Source of the DNA: an uncultured Actinomycetota bacterium
GTDB lineage: Bacteria > Actinomycetota > Humimicrobiia > Humimicrobiales > Humimicrobiaceae
Assembly: GCA_964560595.1 (NCBI GenBank)
Contig: CAZLME010000003.1
Span: 1-32,594 of the forward strand
Direction: 5' to 3'
Length of the DNA: 32,594 nt
Shown in pieces: positions 1 through 9,629 of the stretch. Each line of letters begins with the position of its first letter. The stretch's first letter is position 1. The translations under genes and the position numbers were made by a program. The notes under the pieces were generated by a model. It did not search any database, was not told where the DNA came from, and was given only the letters and a program-made list of their open reading frames with translations.

Positions 1-1
1 G

Positions 2-643
2 GAGGGAAGAGAGCCTATAACGGCGAAATTATTTGCCGATTTGCTTTCTGTAGCCGGGATGAATAGAGCCATACTGATGGATTTACATTCTGCGACTATC
101 CAGGGTTTTTTTGATGTCCCGGTAGATCATGTGACCGCCATACCGATAATAGCCAAATATTTCCAGGAAAAAAATATAAGGAATGGTGTGGTGGTAAGTC
201 CTGATGTGGGCGGGGTAAAAAGAGCGAGTATTTTTGCCAAAAGACTTCATTTTCCATTGGCAATACTGGATAAAAGAAGGCCTGCCCCCAATATGGCTGA
301 TATAGAACATATGGTAGGAGATGTGGAAGGTAAAGAGGTTATATTGTTTGATGATATGATAGACACAGGCAGTACGCTTTTTAAAGCCATTGACATGCTG
401 CTAAGACACAATGCAAGTAAAGTATATATTGGTGCCACACACCCGATATTTTCAGGCGATATTATAGAAAAATTTGAAGATTCGGGAGTTGAAGAGATAG
501 TTGTTGCGGATACTATTCCCCTGAAAAGGGAATGTAAGAAAATAAAAGTCCTTTCCATTGCTCCTCTTCTTGCAAAAACTATAAAAAAAGTTTATCATTG
601 CAAATCTGTAAGTGAATTATTCAAGGGTGAAAATTTAGTTTAA
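2..643 (+). CDS. prs: ribose-phosphate pyrophosphokinase, C-terminal ~2/3 (5' end lies outside the window)
   Basis: The frame is open from the window edge to TAA at 641-643. The translation reads ...AKLFADLLSVAGMNRAILMDLHSATIQGFFDVPVDH... and carries the PRPP-binding loop ILFDDMIDTGSTL, typical of Prs. The TTG at 41 in the ORF track is internal. Confidence 0.9.
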   Translation, partial: EGREPITAKLFADLLSVAGMNRAILMDLHSATIQGFFDVPVDHVTAIPIIAKYFQEKNIRNGVVVSPDVGGVKRASIFAKRLHFPLAILDKRRPAPNMADIEHMVGDVEGKEVILFDDMIDTGSTLFKAIDMLLRHNASKVYIGATHPIFSGDIIEKFEDSGVEEIVVADTIPLKRECKKIKVLSIAPLLAKTIKKVYHCKSVSELFKGENLV

Positions 644-677
644 TTTAATTTATGCATAAGGCAGGTGCTAAAAATAA

Positions 678-1394
678 ATGGAAAATATTGCTATTAAAGT
701 AGAAAAAAGAGATGAAAAAGAAATTAAAAATAAAGCGTCAAGAAGGTTAAGAAGTAATAATTTTATACCGGCAGTTGTATATGGTTTGAAAAAAGAGCCG
801 GTCAACATTAAAGTAAAAGAAAAGGAATTAAAGGATATTTTAAGGGGTAAAAGCATATACAGCGTAATTTTTGATATGCATATAAATGATGCGAAGAAGG
901 GTGAGAAAAATACAGTATTAATAAAAGATTTTCAGAAAGATCCGATTACCAGAGAGTTTTTACACCTTGATTTTTTAAGAATACAGATGGAAAAAGAAAT
1001 TGAGACTACTGTTCCCATTCATATTATTAATGAGGAAATATCAATAGGTATTAAAGAGAAAGGCGGCGTTCTGCAGCATGGCCTGAGGGAGCTTCACATT
1101 TCCTGCCTCCCCGTAGATATTACTGATCATATTGAATATGATATTAAAGACCTTGATATGGGTTTAGCGGTTAGAGTGTCAGATATTAATATTACTGATA
1201 AGATAAAAATACTAAATGACCCCGATGAAGTAGTTGTTTCAATAATTCATCCGACTCAGCTAAAAGAAGAAGAGCTGGCTCCGGAAGAAGAGGCTGAAGA
1301 AGAGATTACTGAACCTGAAGTAATCGGTAAGGGCAAAGAGGAGCCTGCAGAAGAGAAAGAACAATCAGAGGAAAAAAGTTCCAGGGAAAAATAA
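678..1394 (+). CDS. rplY: 50S ribosomal protein L25, long Ctc form with acidic C-terminal tail
   Basis: 238 aa. The N-terminus reads RLRSNNFIPAVVYG...PVNIKV. It has an L25/Ctc beta-barrel plus C-terminal domain and a Glu-rich tail. It sits in the conserved prs-ctc-pth order. Confidence 0.88.
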   Translation: MENIAIKVEKRDEKEIKNKASRRLRSNNFIPAVVYGLKKEPVNIKVKEKELKDILRGKSIYSVIFDMHINDAKKGEKNTVLIKDFQKDPITREFLHLDFLRIQMEKEIETTVPIHIINEEISIGIKEKGGVLQHGLRELHISCLPVDITDHIEYDIKDLDMGLAVRVSDINITDKIKILNDPDEVVVSIIHPTQLKEEELAPEEEAEEEITEPEVIGKGKEEPAEEKEQSEEKSSREK

Positions 1395-1399
1395 TCACT

Positions 1400-1957
1400 A
1401 TGATTTTAATTGTTGGTCTTGGCAATCCCGGCAAAGAATATAAATTTACAAGACATAATATAGGTTTTAAAATTGCAGATAAATTTGCAGAAAGTCTTGA
1501 GGGGAAAAGCCGTTATAGAAAATTTAGTTCTCTGGTTATTGAGTCATCTTACAATAATCATAAAGTAATAATTCTAAAACCACAGACATTTATGAATTGC
1601 AGCGGCAATGCGGTAGCCTTATGTTGCCGGTTTTTTAAGGATCAGATAAGCTCAATACTGTTAATCCATGATGATATTGATATTGAATTTGGTGAAATTA
1701 AACTTAAAAACGATGGAAGTACCGCGGGGCATAAAGGACTTGAATCGGTAGCGGTCAGTCTTGGAAGCTATGATTTTAACAGGCTGCGGTTCGGCGTAGG
1801 AAGACCTCCCGGAAGGCAGGATCCCGCCGACTATGTGCTTGAGGATTTCAGCAGGAATGAAAAGGAAGAAGTTGAAATAGGCATACAGAAATCGGTAGAT
1901 ATTATAAGAGATTATATAGAAAAAGGCATTGAATATGCTATGAATGAATATAACTAA
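1400..1957 (+). CDS. pth: peptidyl-tRNA hydrolase
   Basis: 185 aa. Motifs are LIVGLGNPGKEY..TRHNIGF, QTFMNCSG and GHKGLES. It starts 5 nt after ctc. Confidence 0.95.
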   Translation: MILIVGLGNPGKEYKFTRHNIGFKIADKFAESLEGKSRYRKFSSLVIESSYNNHKVIILKPQTFMNCSGNAVALCCRFFKDQISSILLIHDDIDIEFGEIKLKNDGSTAGHKGLESVAVSLGSYDFNRLRFGVGRPPGRQDPADYVLEDFSRNEKEEVEIGIQKSVDIIRDYIEKGIEYAMNEYN

Positions 1958-2164
1958 AAAGCATTTTAATACACAGTCCTATTTATATTCTTCATATGCT
2001 TCTTTTGCTTAACGAGTTTAAATCAAAAACAATCCAATATTAAGCTGTTAATTTATTGAGAAAACTCAAATATACTTTTTTAAAATAATCGATATCAGTA
2101 AGAAATTTTTAACAGTTTTTTATATAATCATTCCTGACAATAGTTTTAAATATTAGGGATAGAG

Positions 2165-5100
2165 ATGTTTCTAAAGAATTTCATGCTTGAAAAGCATTGG
2201 AAGCAATTTATAGAAAAATATAAAAAAATATATACCGGAGGTAGTAGCAGCAAAGGTGCAAATCTCAATACACTGATAGCTGATGAGAATATCTGGCCTT
2301 TTACGATAGGTGCTTTTTTTAAGTATATTAATTTACCGGCTCTTGTGGTTACTTCAACCCGGGAAAGAGCTCTTGAGCTGGAACAGGAGATAAAATGCAT
2401 TATTCCTGATACGGAGATATTAAGCTTCCCGGGCTTTGGAAACAGTATATTTTATAAAAATAAAATTACTCCTGCAGAAAATCTTACTAAAAGGTTAAAT
2501 GTTGTTAAAAATTTATTAGATATCAATAACTCAGCAAATCCGCCTTTAATTATTGCCACCTGTAATTCATTGCTGAATCTGATGCCTGCCTCAAAGGTTA
2601 ACGAAATGGAAAGTATGAAAATATCTGCAGGAAAAGAATATAACAGGGATAAGTTAATATCAAAACTAATTGGAAGCGGTTATGAAAGAGTGAACAGAGT
2701 TTATGACTGCGGAGAATTCAGTGTTAGAGGAGAAGTTATTGATATATTTGACATAACAGGCGAGTACCCTGCAAGAATTGATTTTATTGGAGATGAAGCC
2801 GAGAAAATATTTTTTTATGATATCCCGGGTCAAAAACTCATAAGACAATTAAGCAGTGTATCCGTTTTCCCTAACATAAATCCCTGGGAAATAAAAGAAA
2901 CAGATAATACTAAATTGGCCGGTAAAACAATTTCTTTTATTGATTTATTAAAGAAAAATGCACAGGAATTCTTTGTTGTGCTCTGCGATCCAGCAGAAAT
3001 TTACCTTAAAGTTAGAAGCGATATTGATATTCTTAAAAGAATTTTTGATAGAGATAAAGATACCCTGGTGGCCGACAGTAAAATTATTATAGATTTTTAC
3101 CTTGTAAAACAGGATTTTCTTGGGGAAGAAGATAACTGCCGGAAATTAAATATAATCTCTACAAGGAAAGAAGCTTTAACCAGGGGTGAATTCAATCTTG
3201 GTAAGATAATCAGACAGAAAAAAAGTTATGGAAGTTCTGTTGACTTTATACATAACGTTAAAAATGATTTAAAAAACTGCAGGAAGGTTATTATATCTGT
3301 TGAGGGAAAAGAAAGAAGGGTAAAAATAGAAGAACTGCTATTAAATAATTCAATATCATATACTTATCCGGAAGCTGGTGACTCGGGGACCGATGATGGC
3401 ATTGAATACAATATGCTTCAATCTAATGTTGTGAGTATCTCTGGTACCCGCCTATATAGAGGATACCAGACCGGTAGTGTTTCGCTATACGGGGAACTGG
3501 ATATTTATGAACAGATGCAGTATCAAATATCCGAAAGAAAGGTCTTCCCGGATAGTGATCTTAAATATTTTAGGCCCGGGGAGTATGTAGTACATAAGAA
3601 TCACGGTATAGGCAAATATATTGATATTATTTCAAAGCAGGTTGATGGATGTAAGAGAGAGTATTTTTTAATAGAATATGCCGGCAACGATAAATTATAT
3701 GTTCCAACCTGGCAGGCTGATAGGTTAAGCAAATATATCGGGGCAAAAAAACCTGTAATAACATCGTTAAATTCCAGGCAGTGGGAAAGTATCAAAAAAA
3801 GAGTAAGAAAATCGGTGCAAAAACTTGCCATAGACCTCGCAAAATTATATGCAGAAAGAAATTCTGCAAGTGGTTATGCATTTCCTGCTGACAGTCCATG
3901 GCAGAAAGAAGTAGAAGATTTATTTCCATTCAGGGAAACTCCTGATCAGATTAAAGCAATCAATTATGTAAAAAATGCGATGAGCCAGCCCAGGCCGATG
4001 GATATTCTAATAATTGGAGATGTGGGGTTTGGTAAAACAGAAGTAGCGGTAAGAGCTGCTTTTAAATCAATAGAAAGCGGAAAGCAGGTCCTGATGCTGG
4101 TCCCGACCACAATTCTTGCTGATCAGCACTACCAGACATTTAGTGAAAGGTATAAGGATTATCCAGTAGTCCTGGAAGTCTTAAGCAGATTTAAAACCAG
4201 GAAAAAACAAAAAGATATAGTAAAAGATTTTAATGAAGGAAAAATAGATATGATAATAGGCACTCACCGTATACTTCAGGAGGATATAAAACCCGGGGAC
4301 CTCGGTCTATTAATTATAGATGAAGAGCAGAGGTTCGGAGTTAACAGCAAGGAAAAAATAAAATTGTTAAAAACCAGAGTCGATGTGTTGACTTTAAGCG
4401 CCACGCCAATTCCCAGGACTTTATATATGTCTCTTGCCGGAGTAAGGGATATGGTATCGATTGAAACTCATCCCGAAGGCAGAAATCCGATTGAGACTTT
4501 TGTGGGTGAAACTGATTATGAGGTTATAAGAAGAGCCGTTGAAAGGGAATTAGCCAGAGGAGGGCAGGTATATTACGTATATAATAGAATATCCGGCATA
4601 GAAAATAAAAAAATCCAGCTGCAGCACCTTATTCCGCAGGCAAAAATCGCTCTTACCCATGGTCAGATGGAGGGCAACAGGATAGAAAAAATAATGGGTG
4701 ATTTCATAAGTAAAGATTATGACGTACTGCTTACAACTTCTATAATAGAATCTGGAATGGATATCGGGAATGTAAACACGTTAATAGTTGAAAATTCACA
4801 TCTTTTTGGTTTATCGCAATTGTATCAATTAAGGGGAAGAGTGGGAAGATCCTCCGAGATAGCCTATTCTTACTTCTTCTATCCCGGCAGGAAGAATCTT
4901 AGTTTTCAGGCTTTTCAAAGACTTAAGACACTTGCAGAGTATACTGACCTGGGTTCAGGTTATAATATAGCGATGAGGGACCTGGAAATAAGGGGAGCAG
5001 GAGAAATATTAGGGGCAAAGCAGCATGGACATATAAGTAGCGTGGGTTTTGATATGTACTGCCAGATAATAAGGGAAGAGATTGAAAAACTCAAAGGTGT

Positions 5101-5548
5101 AAAAGTTGAGGAGGATATCAACATACAGATAGATTTGCCGGTAAGTGCATATATACCTAAAAGTTATATCAGAAGTGAGAAAGATAGAATTAACATATAC
5201 AAAACACTGGGGAATGCAGAAAGTCTGGATGAAATAGATAAAATAAGATTAGATATGGCATATAGGTATAAAGAAGCACCTTCCGTAGTGGATAATCTTG
5301 TAAACATTGCTAAAATAAAATATCTGCTCAGAAAAGCAAAAATAGAAAAACTGGTCTTTTCCGGGGATAAAGGTATTTATATAAAAAAAGTGAATTTATC
5401 CTGGGATAAAGCAAGAGAAATAAACAGTAAAAATAAAGATTTATTGTACGAACCGGCTTTAAAACGCGTAGTAATAAAAAAAATTAATAAAAATATCGAT
5501 TTAGATTTAGTCTTAAGCAGCCTTGATGATATAATAAGCTTTATGTAA
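2165..5548 (+). CDS. mfd: transcription-repair coupling factor
   Basis: 1127 aa. It has the CarD-like segment GEYVVHKNHGIGKY, the superfamily-2 helicase motifs GDVGFGKTEVA, DEEQRFG and LSATPIPRT, and a TRG-type region QLRGRVGRS. Confidence 0.95.
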   Translation: MFLKNFMLEKHWKQFIEKYKKIYTGGSSSKGANLNTLIADENIWPFTIGAFFKYINLPALVVTSTRERALELEQEIKCIIPDTEILSFPGFGNSIFYKNKITPAENLTKRLNVVKNLLDINNSANPPLIIATCNSLLNLMPASKVNEMESMKISAGKEYNRDKLISKLIGSGYERVNRVYDCGEFSVRGEVIDIFDITGEYPARIDFIGDEAEKIFFYDIPGQKLIRQLSSVSVFPNINPWEIKETDNTKLAGKTISFIDLLKKNAQEFFVVLCDPAEIYLKVRSDIDILKRIFDRDKDTLVADSKIIIDFYLVKQDFLGEEDNCRKLNIISTRKEALTRGEFNLGKIIRQKKSYGSSVDFIHNVKNDLKNCRKVIISVEGKERRVKIEELLLNNSISYTYPEAGDSGTDDGIEYNMLQSNVVSISGTRLYRGYQTGSVSLYGELDIYEQMQYQISERKVFPDSDLKYFRPGEYVVHKNHGIGKYIDIISKQVDGCKREYFLIEYAGNDKLYVPTWQADRLSKYIGAKKPVITSLNSRQWESIKKRVRKSVQKLAIDLAKLYAERNSASGYAFPADSPWQKEVEDLFPFRETPDQIKAINYVKNAMSQPRPMDILIIGDVGFGKTEVAVRAAFKSIESGKQVLMLVPTTILADQHYQTFSERYKDYPVVLEVLSRFKTRKKQKDIVKDFNEGKIDMIIGTHRILQEDIKPGDLGLLIIDEEQRFGVNSKEKIKLLKTRVDVLTLSATPIPRTLYMSLAGVRDMVSIETHPEGRNPIETFVGETDYEVIRRAVERELARGGQVYYVYNRISGIENKKIQLQHLIPQAKIALTHGQMEGNRIEKIMGDFISKDYDVLLTTSIIESGMDIGNVNTLIVENSHLFGLSQLYQLRGRVGRSSEIAYSYFFYPGRKNLSFQAFQRLKTLAEYTDLGSGYNIAMRDLEIRGAGEILGAKQHGHISSVGFDMYCQIIREEIEKLKGVKVEEDINIQIDLPVSAYIPKSYIRSEKDRINIYKTLGNAESLDEIDKIRLDMAYRYKEAPSVVDNLVNIAKIKYLLRKAKIEKLVFSGDKGIYIKKVNLSWDKAREINSKNKDLLYEPALKRVVIKKINKNIDLDLVLSSLDDIISFM

Positions 5549-5567
5549 TAATAAACTTTATGTAATA
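5534..5567. repeat. 17-bp tandem duplication spanning the mfd stop codon
   Basis: ATAAGCTTTATGTAATA (5534-5550) is followed directly by ATAAACTTTATGTAATA (5551-5567), with 1 mismatch. Confidence 0.85.
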
Positions 5568-5593
5568 TTTATTAAAAAGAAAGAAGGTAAGGA

Positions 5594-6634
5594 TTGAAGA
5601 GAAGCATTGCAACCCTGGTTATATTGTTAATTATTATTTCCCTGTTTGCAGGTTGCAGTAAAACTGTAGCAAGGGCAGACGGAATAGAAATAAAACAAAA
5701 AGAAGTAGATACTTATATTAATTTTATAAAAAAACAGGATACGACCGGGGAAATAACTTCTGATGAAGAAACATTTAATAATTTAAAGGCAAATATAATT
5801 GACTCGCTTATTGTAATAAAATTACTTGAAAAACATGCAGCAGAAAATAACATAACTGTAACTGACGAGGAGATTGAAGAACAGTTAAAATCAATTATAG
5901 ATACTTATCCTTCAGAAGAAGATTTTGAAAAAGAATTAAAAGAAAATGAAATAGATAGAAAATTTATTGAAGGAGAACTAAAAAATCAGTTATTAAGAAG
6001 TAAGATTTATGATAAAGTCACCGCAAATGTAATTGTTACTGATAAAGAGATGGAACAGTATTATGAAGACAATAAAGACACATTATTCCTGGTCCCCTTT
6101 AGTGTAAAAGCGGGCCACATACTGGCTATGTTCCCATGGAAAAAAGATAATTCTGAAGAAACCCAGGAAGGTAGAGAAGAAGCTAAAGAAAAAATAGAAA
6201 TGATAGAAGAAAAATTAAAAAACGGTGAAGATTTTGAAGACCTTGCACGCCAGTACTCGGATGACGAGACCACCAGTGAAAGTGGTGGAGATCTGGGCTA
6301 TTTAAGTGAAGGTCAGATGGTTGAGGAATTTGATAAAGCATTATTTTCTCTGGATGTGGGGGAAGTAAGCAAAATTATTGAGACCGAGTATGGATTTCAT
6401 ATAATAAAGGTTTATGAGTACAGGGAAGAATATGTCCAGGATTTTGATGAGGTTAAAGAAAATATAAATACATATCTTTTAAAATTATACGAGAACGGCA
6501 AATGGGAAGATTTTGTTTTAGCGTTAATAGATAAAGTCGATATTGAATATTTTACAGATGTAGAGGGTACTCTGAAAAGCACCGGCACAGAAAAGGAAGA
6601 CAGTGAAATTCCTGTTGAAGAGGAAGGCGAGTGA
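5594..6634 (+). CDS. peptidylprolyl isomerase lipoprotein (PrsA/SurA-like, parvulin domain)
   Basis: TTG start. The signal peptide ends in the lipobox LFAGC. It has a SurA-N-like helical region and the parvulin motifs GGDLGY...F......G....I.T.YGFHIIKV. Confidence 0.85.
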   Translation: MKRSIATLVILLIIISLFAGCSKTVARADGIEIKQKEVDTYINFIKKQDTTGEITSDEETFNNLKANIIDSLIVIKLLEKHAAENNITVTDEEIEEQLKSIIDTYPSEEDFEKELKENEIDRKFIEGELKNQLLRSKIYDKVTANVIVTDKEMEQYYEDNKDTLFLVPFSVKAGHILAMFPWKKDNSEETQEGREEAKEKIEMIEEKLKNGEDFEDLARQYSDDETTSESGGDLGYLSEGQMVEEFDKALFSLDVGEVSKIIETEYGFHIIKVYEYREEYVQDFDEVKENINTYLLKLYENGKWEDFVLALIDKVDIEYFTDVEGTLKSTGTEKEDSEIPVEEEGE

Positions 6635-7470
6635 AGTTCGGATTGGACGTTAATGATCTGAAAGATCTGGACAAAATAAACGACACCGGCGAACTTTTTT
6701 CCATTCTTACGCATATAATGAAAAAATTGAGGTCTCCTGAAGGGTGCATGTGGGATAGAGAACAAAATCATAAGACTATTAAAAGAAACCTGATAGAGGA
6801 GACTTATGAAGCTGTGGAAAGCATTGAAAGTAACGATTTTAAAGGATTAAAGGAAGAATTGGGCGATTTGCTTCTTCAGGTTGTCTTTCACAGTCAAATT
6901 GCGGCTGATAATAATAAGTTTAATATAAATGAAGTTATCAGGGGAATTATAAATAAATTAATAAGAAGACATCCTCATGTATTCCAGGGAGTGGTTTTAA
7001 ATAGCAGTAAAGAAATACTGGCAAGCTGGGAAGATATTAAGAAAAAGGAAAGAAAGGATGAATATAAAAAGTCGGATTCAATATTCAGCGGAATACCAAA
7101 ATCACTACCTTCACTTCATTTTGCCTGGGAAATCCAGAATAGAGCGTCAAGGCTGGGGTTTGACTGGGATGGCGCAATTGATGTATTTAATAAAATGAAA
7201 GAGGAACTTGGTGAACTGGAGAAGGAAATCAATGAAGGCAGGGAGAAACGTCTTCCCGATGAAATCGGCGATATTCTTTTTACTGCAGTAAATTTTAGCA
7301 GGCATCTTGGTATAGACTGTGAAGAAAGTCTATATGAGACCAGCAAGAGATTTATAAGAAGATTTGATTTTATGGAGAGATACGCAAAAGAAAACAATTT
7401 AAATTTTAGGAAATTATCGCTAAAAGAAAAAAATAAGCTGTGGGAAATTGCGAAAAAGGAACTGCCATGA
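6631..7470 (+). CDS. mazG: nucleoside triphosphate pyrophosphohydrolase MazG (tandem MazG domains)
   Basis: The translation contains LRSPEGCMWDREQNHKTIKRNLIEETYEAVESIE and a second EELGELEKE..DEIGDILF repeat. The GTG start overlaps the upstream stop (GTGA). The exact start is uncertain. Confidence 0.85.
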   Translation: MKFGLDVNDLKDLDKINDTGELFSILTHIMKKLRSPEGCMWDREQNHKTIKRNLIEETYEAVESIESNDFKGLKEELGDLLLQVVFHSQIAADNNKFNINEVIRGIINKLIRRHPHVFQGVVLNSSKEILASWEDIKKKERKDEYKKSDSIFSGIPKSLPSLHFAWEIQNRASRLGFDWDGAIDVFNKMKEELGELEKEINEGREKRLPDEIGDILFTAVNFSRHLGIDCEESLYETSKRFIRRFDFMERYAKENNLNFRKLSLKEKNKLWEIAKKELP

Positions 7471-8918
7471 GAAAAACTAAAATAATCTGTACTATCGGGC
7501 CTGCAAGTAAAGATGAAAAAATATTAAAAAAAATGATAACGGGGGGGATGGACATAGCCCGTATAAATTCTTCTCATAGCAGCCCTGATGAAGTTGTAGA
7601 AATGGTCAGGAAGATAAGAAAAATATCGAAGGAATTTAATAAAAATACGGCAATAATTTTGGACCTGCAGGGGTCTAAAATCAGAGTCGGTAAATTAAAG
7701 AATAAAGTAAAATTATGTAAAAAACAAAAAGTCATTTTTACAACTAAAGATGATTGTAATTTAGATTCTGGAAATAACCAGAATATAATCAAAGTTACAT
7801 ATAAGAAGTTTATAGAAGATATTAAAAAAGGCTCCAGTATTTTTATTAATGACGGTTTAATTGAATGCAGAGTAAAGGAAATTGACAGACTTAAAAAAAC
7901 TGCCGTTTGCGAGGTCGTAACAGGAGGGATCCTTGAATCATACAAGGGAATTAATCTGCCGGGAATAACAATAAGTGCAGATTCTATTACAAAAAAGGAT
8001 ATTGAATTTCTGGAGCTGGGATTAAAACTGGAAGTGGATTTTATAGCCCAGTCTTTTGTCAGGAACTCAGGCGATATAGAAAGAATTAAGAAAGCAATAC
8101 ATGATAAAAAAAGCCATATAATGGTTATAGCCAAAATTGAGAAACATGAAGCGGTAAATAATTTTGATGATATATTAAATTCAGCAGATGCTATTATGGT
8201 AGCACGGGGGGATCTGGGCATTGAGGTTAATCCTGAAGATATCCCTTATCTACAGAAAGAAATTATAAAGAAATCTAATAGAGCAGGTAAGCCTGTAGTA
8301 ACTGCTACTCAGATGCTGGATTCCATGATGAGAAATCCCAGACCGACCAGAGCCGAAGTCAGTGACGTTGCCAATGCAATTATAGATGGTTCAGATGCGA
8401 TTATGCTATCAGGAGAGACTGCCATAGGTGAATATCCTCTGGAATCTCTGGAAATGATGGTCAAGATTATAAATAAAACTGAAGTTTCTCTGGATTATGA
8501 TTTATTATTGCGTAACAGTGATATCAAGAATAAGAAACTAAGAGTTAATTATGATACCATTACGGGAGCAATAAGTTTCGCCTCCTGTGAAATTGCAAGG
8601 ATACTGAACGCAAAAGCTATTATTTCCTCAACCGAGTCGGGGCATACGGCCAGACAGGTTTCTAAAAATAAACCAAAAAGCATTATAATCGGAGCAAGTT
8701 CCCACGATTGGGTAATAAGACAGTTGATGATTAGCCGGGGCGTGGTTCCGGTAAAAACAAAACCTGCCAGGAATATTGATATGATGATTGATGAGTCTGT
8801 TAATGTTTCAAAGAAACTTAAATATGTAAGTGCGGGTAATATAGTAGTAATTACAGCAGGAGTTATGCTGAACAAACCCGGCAGTACCAATCTTATAAAT
8901 GTTAAGGAAGTAGAATAG
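7467..8918 (+). CDS. pyk: pyruvate kinase
   Basis: I chose the ATG at 7467 (MRKTKIICTIGPAS), which overlaps the mazG stop as ATGA. Motifs are MDIARINSSH, MVARGDLGIE and ATQMLDSM. This gives 483 aa. The ORF-track start at 7440 adds 9 non-conserved residues. Confidence 0.93.
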   Translation: MRKTKIICTIGPASKDEKILKKMITGGMDIARINSSHSSPDEVVEMVRKIRKISKEFNKNTAIILDLQGSKIRVGKLKNKVKLCKKQKVIFTTKDDCNLDSGNNQNIIKVTYKKFIEDIKKGSSIFINDGLIECRVKEIDRLKKTAVCEVVTGGILESYKGINLPGITISADSITKKDIEFLELGLKLEVDFIAQSFVRNSGDIERIKKAIHDKKSHIMVIAKIEKHEAVNNFDDILNSADAIMVARGDLGIEVNPEDIPYLQKEIIKKSNRAGKPVVTATQMLDSMMRNPRPTRAEVSDVANAIIDGSDAIMLSGETAIGEYPLESLEMMVKIINKTEVSLDYDLLLRNSDIKNKKLRVNYDTITGAISFASCEIARILNAKAIISSTESGHTARQVSKNKPKSIIIGASSHDWVIRQLMISRGVVPVKTKPARNIDMMIDESVNVSKKLKYVSAGNIVVITAGVMLNKPGSTNLINVKEVE

Positions 8919-8962
8919 AGTTCAGTCTGGATTGTCCTGGCATATTTTAATATTTATTCTCT

Positions 8963-9625
8963 TTAATCTTCAGTGAAACGCAATTTCTTAAGCAGCCTAT
9001 CTTCCCCGATTAACGTAACGACATCGTCTTTTTTAAATTTGTATTTAACATCGGGAGGGGATATAATTTCATTTTCTTTATTTTTTATACTGATTATAGT
9101 TACTCCATATTTATTTCTTAAATTCAGCTCCATTAAATTCTTTCCCACCAGCATTTCAGGAGCAGGCATCTCGATTATACTTACATCCGAGCTGACTCGC
9201 AGAAAATCAATGATGTTAGCACTTATAAGGCTTCTTGCCACTCTTTCTCCCATGTCTTTTTCCGGAAAAACTATGATATCAGCACCGACTTTTGAAAGGA
9301 CTCTGCCCTGTGTTTTAGTGCCAGCTTTTGCGATTATCTTTTTCGCCCCCTTTTCTTTAAGCAGAAGAGTTACAAGTATTGAATTCTGTATATACTTCTC
9401 TCCTATACATACAATAGCTGCTTCATAATCAGGGATACCCATAGATTCCAGTATATCTGCATCAGTAGCATCGCATTTTATTACATCTGCTATTTGTTCG
9501 GAGATTCTCTGGATTTTATCTTCAGATTGGTCTATTCCCACAACGCTGTGTCCGGCTTCAGTCAATGTAAAGGCAACGCTTGCTCCAAATCTTCCTAATC
9601 CTATTATTAAAAATTGTTTTTTCAT
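8963..9625 (-). CDS. ktrA: K+ uptake system peripheral subunit, RCK/TrkA-N plus TrkA-C domains (KtrA type)
   Basis: 220 aa. It has the Rossmann motif IIGLGRFG and a C-terminal RCK_C segment. It starts 4 nt after the ktrB stop. Confidence 0.88.
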   Translation of the reverse strand: MKKQFLIIGLGRFGASVAFTLTEAGHSVVGIDQSEDKIQRISEQIADVIKCDATDADILESMGIPDYEAAIVCIGEKYIQNSILVTLLLKEKGAKKIIAKAGTKTQGRVLSKVGADIIVFPEKDMGERVARSLISANIIDFLRVSSDVSIIEMPAPEMLVGKNLMELNLRNKYGVTIISIKNKENEIISPPDVKYKFKKDDVVTLIGEDRLLKKLRFTED

Positions 9626-9629
9626 TTTT

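Noticed and set aside
7574-8221. 215-aa minus-strand ORF inside pyk. Similar long antisense ORFs occur at 9730-10467 (in ktrB), 19423-19854 (in metV), 21440-21811 and 21801-22087 (in the hydrogenase small subunit) and 28106-28498 (in the transporter).
   Set aside because: Each lies wholly within a gene that has clear family motifs on the other strand. Their translations are low-complexity Ser/Ile/Leu/Phe-rich strings, typical of shadow frames in AT-rich DNA.
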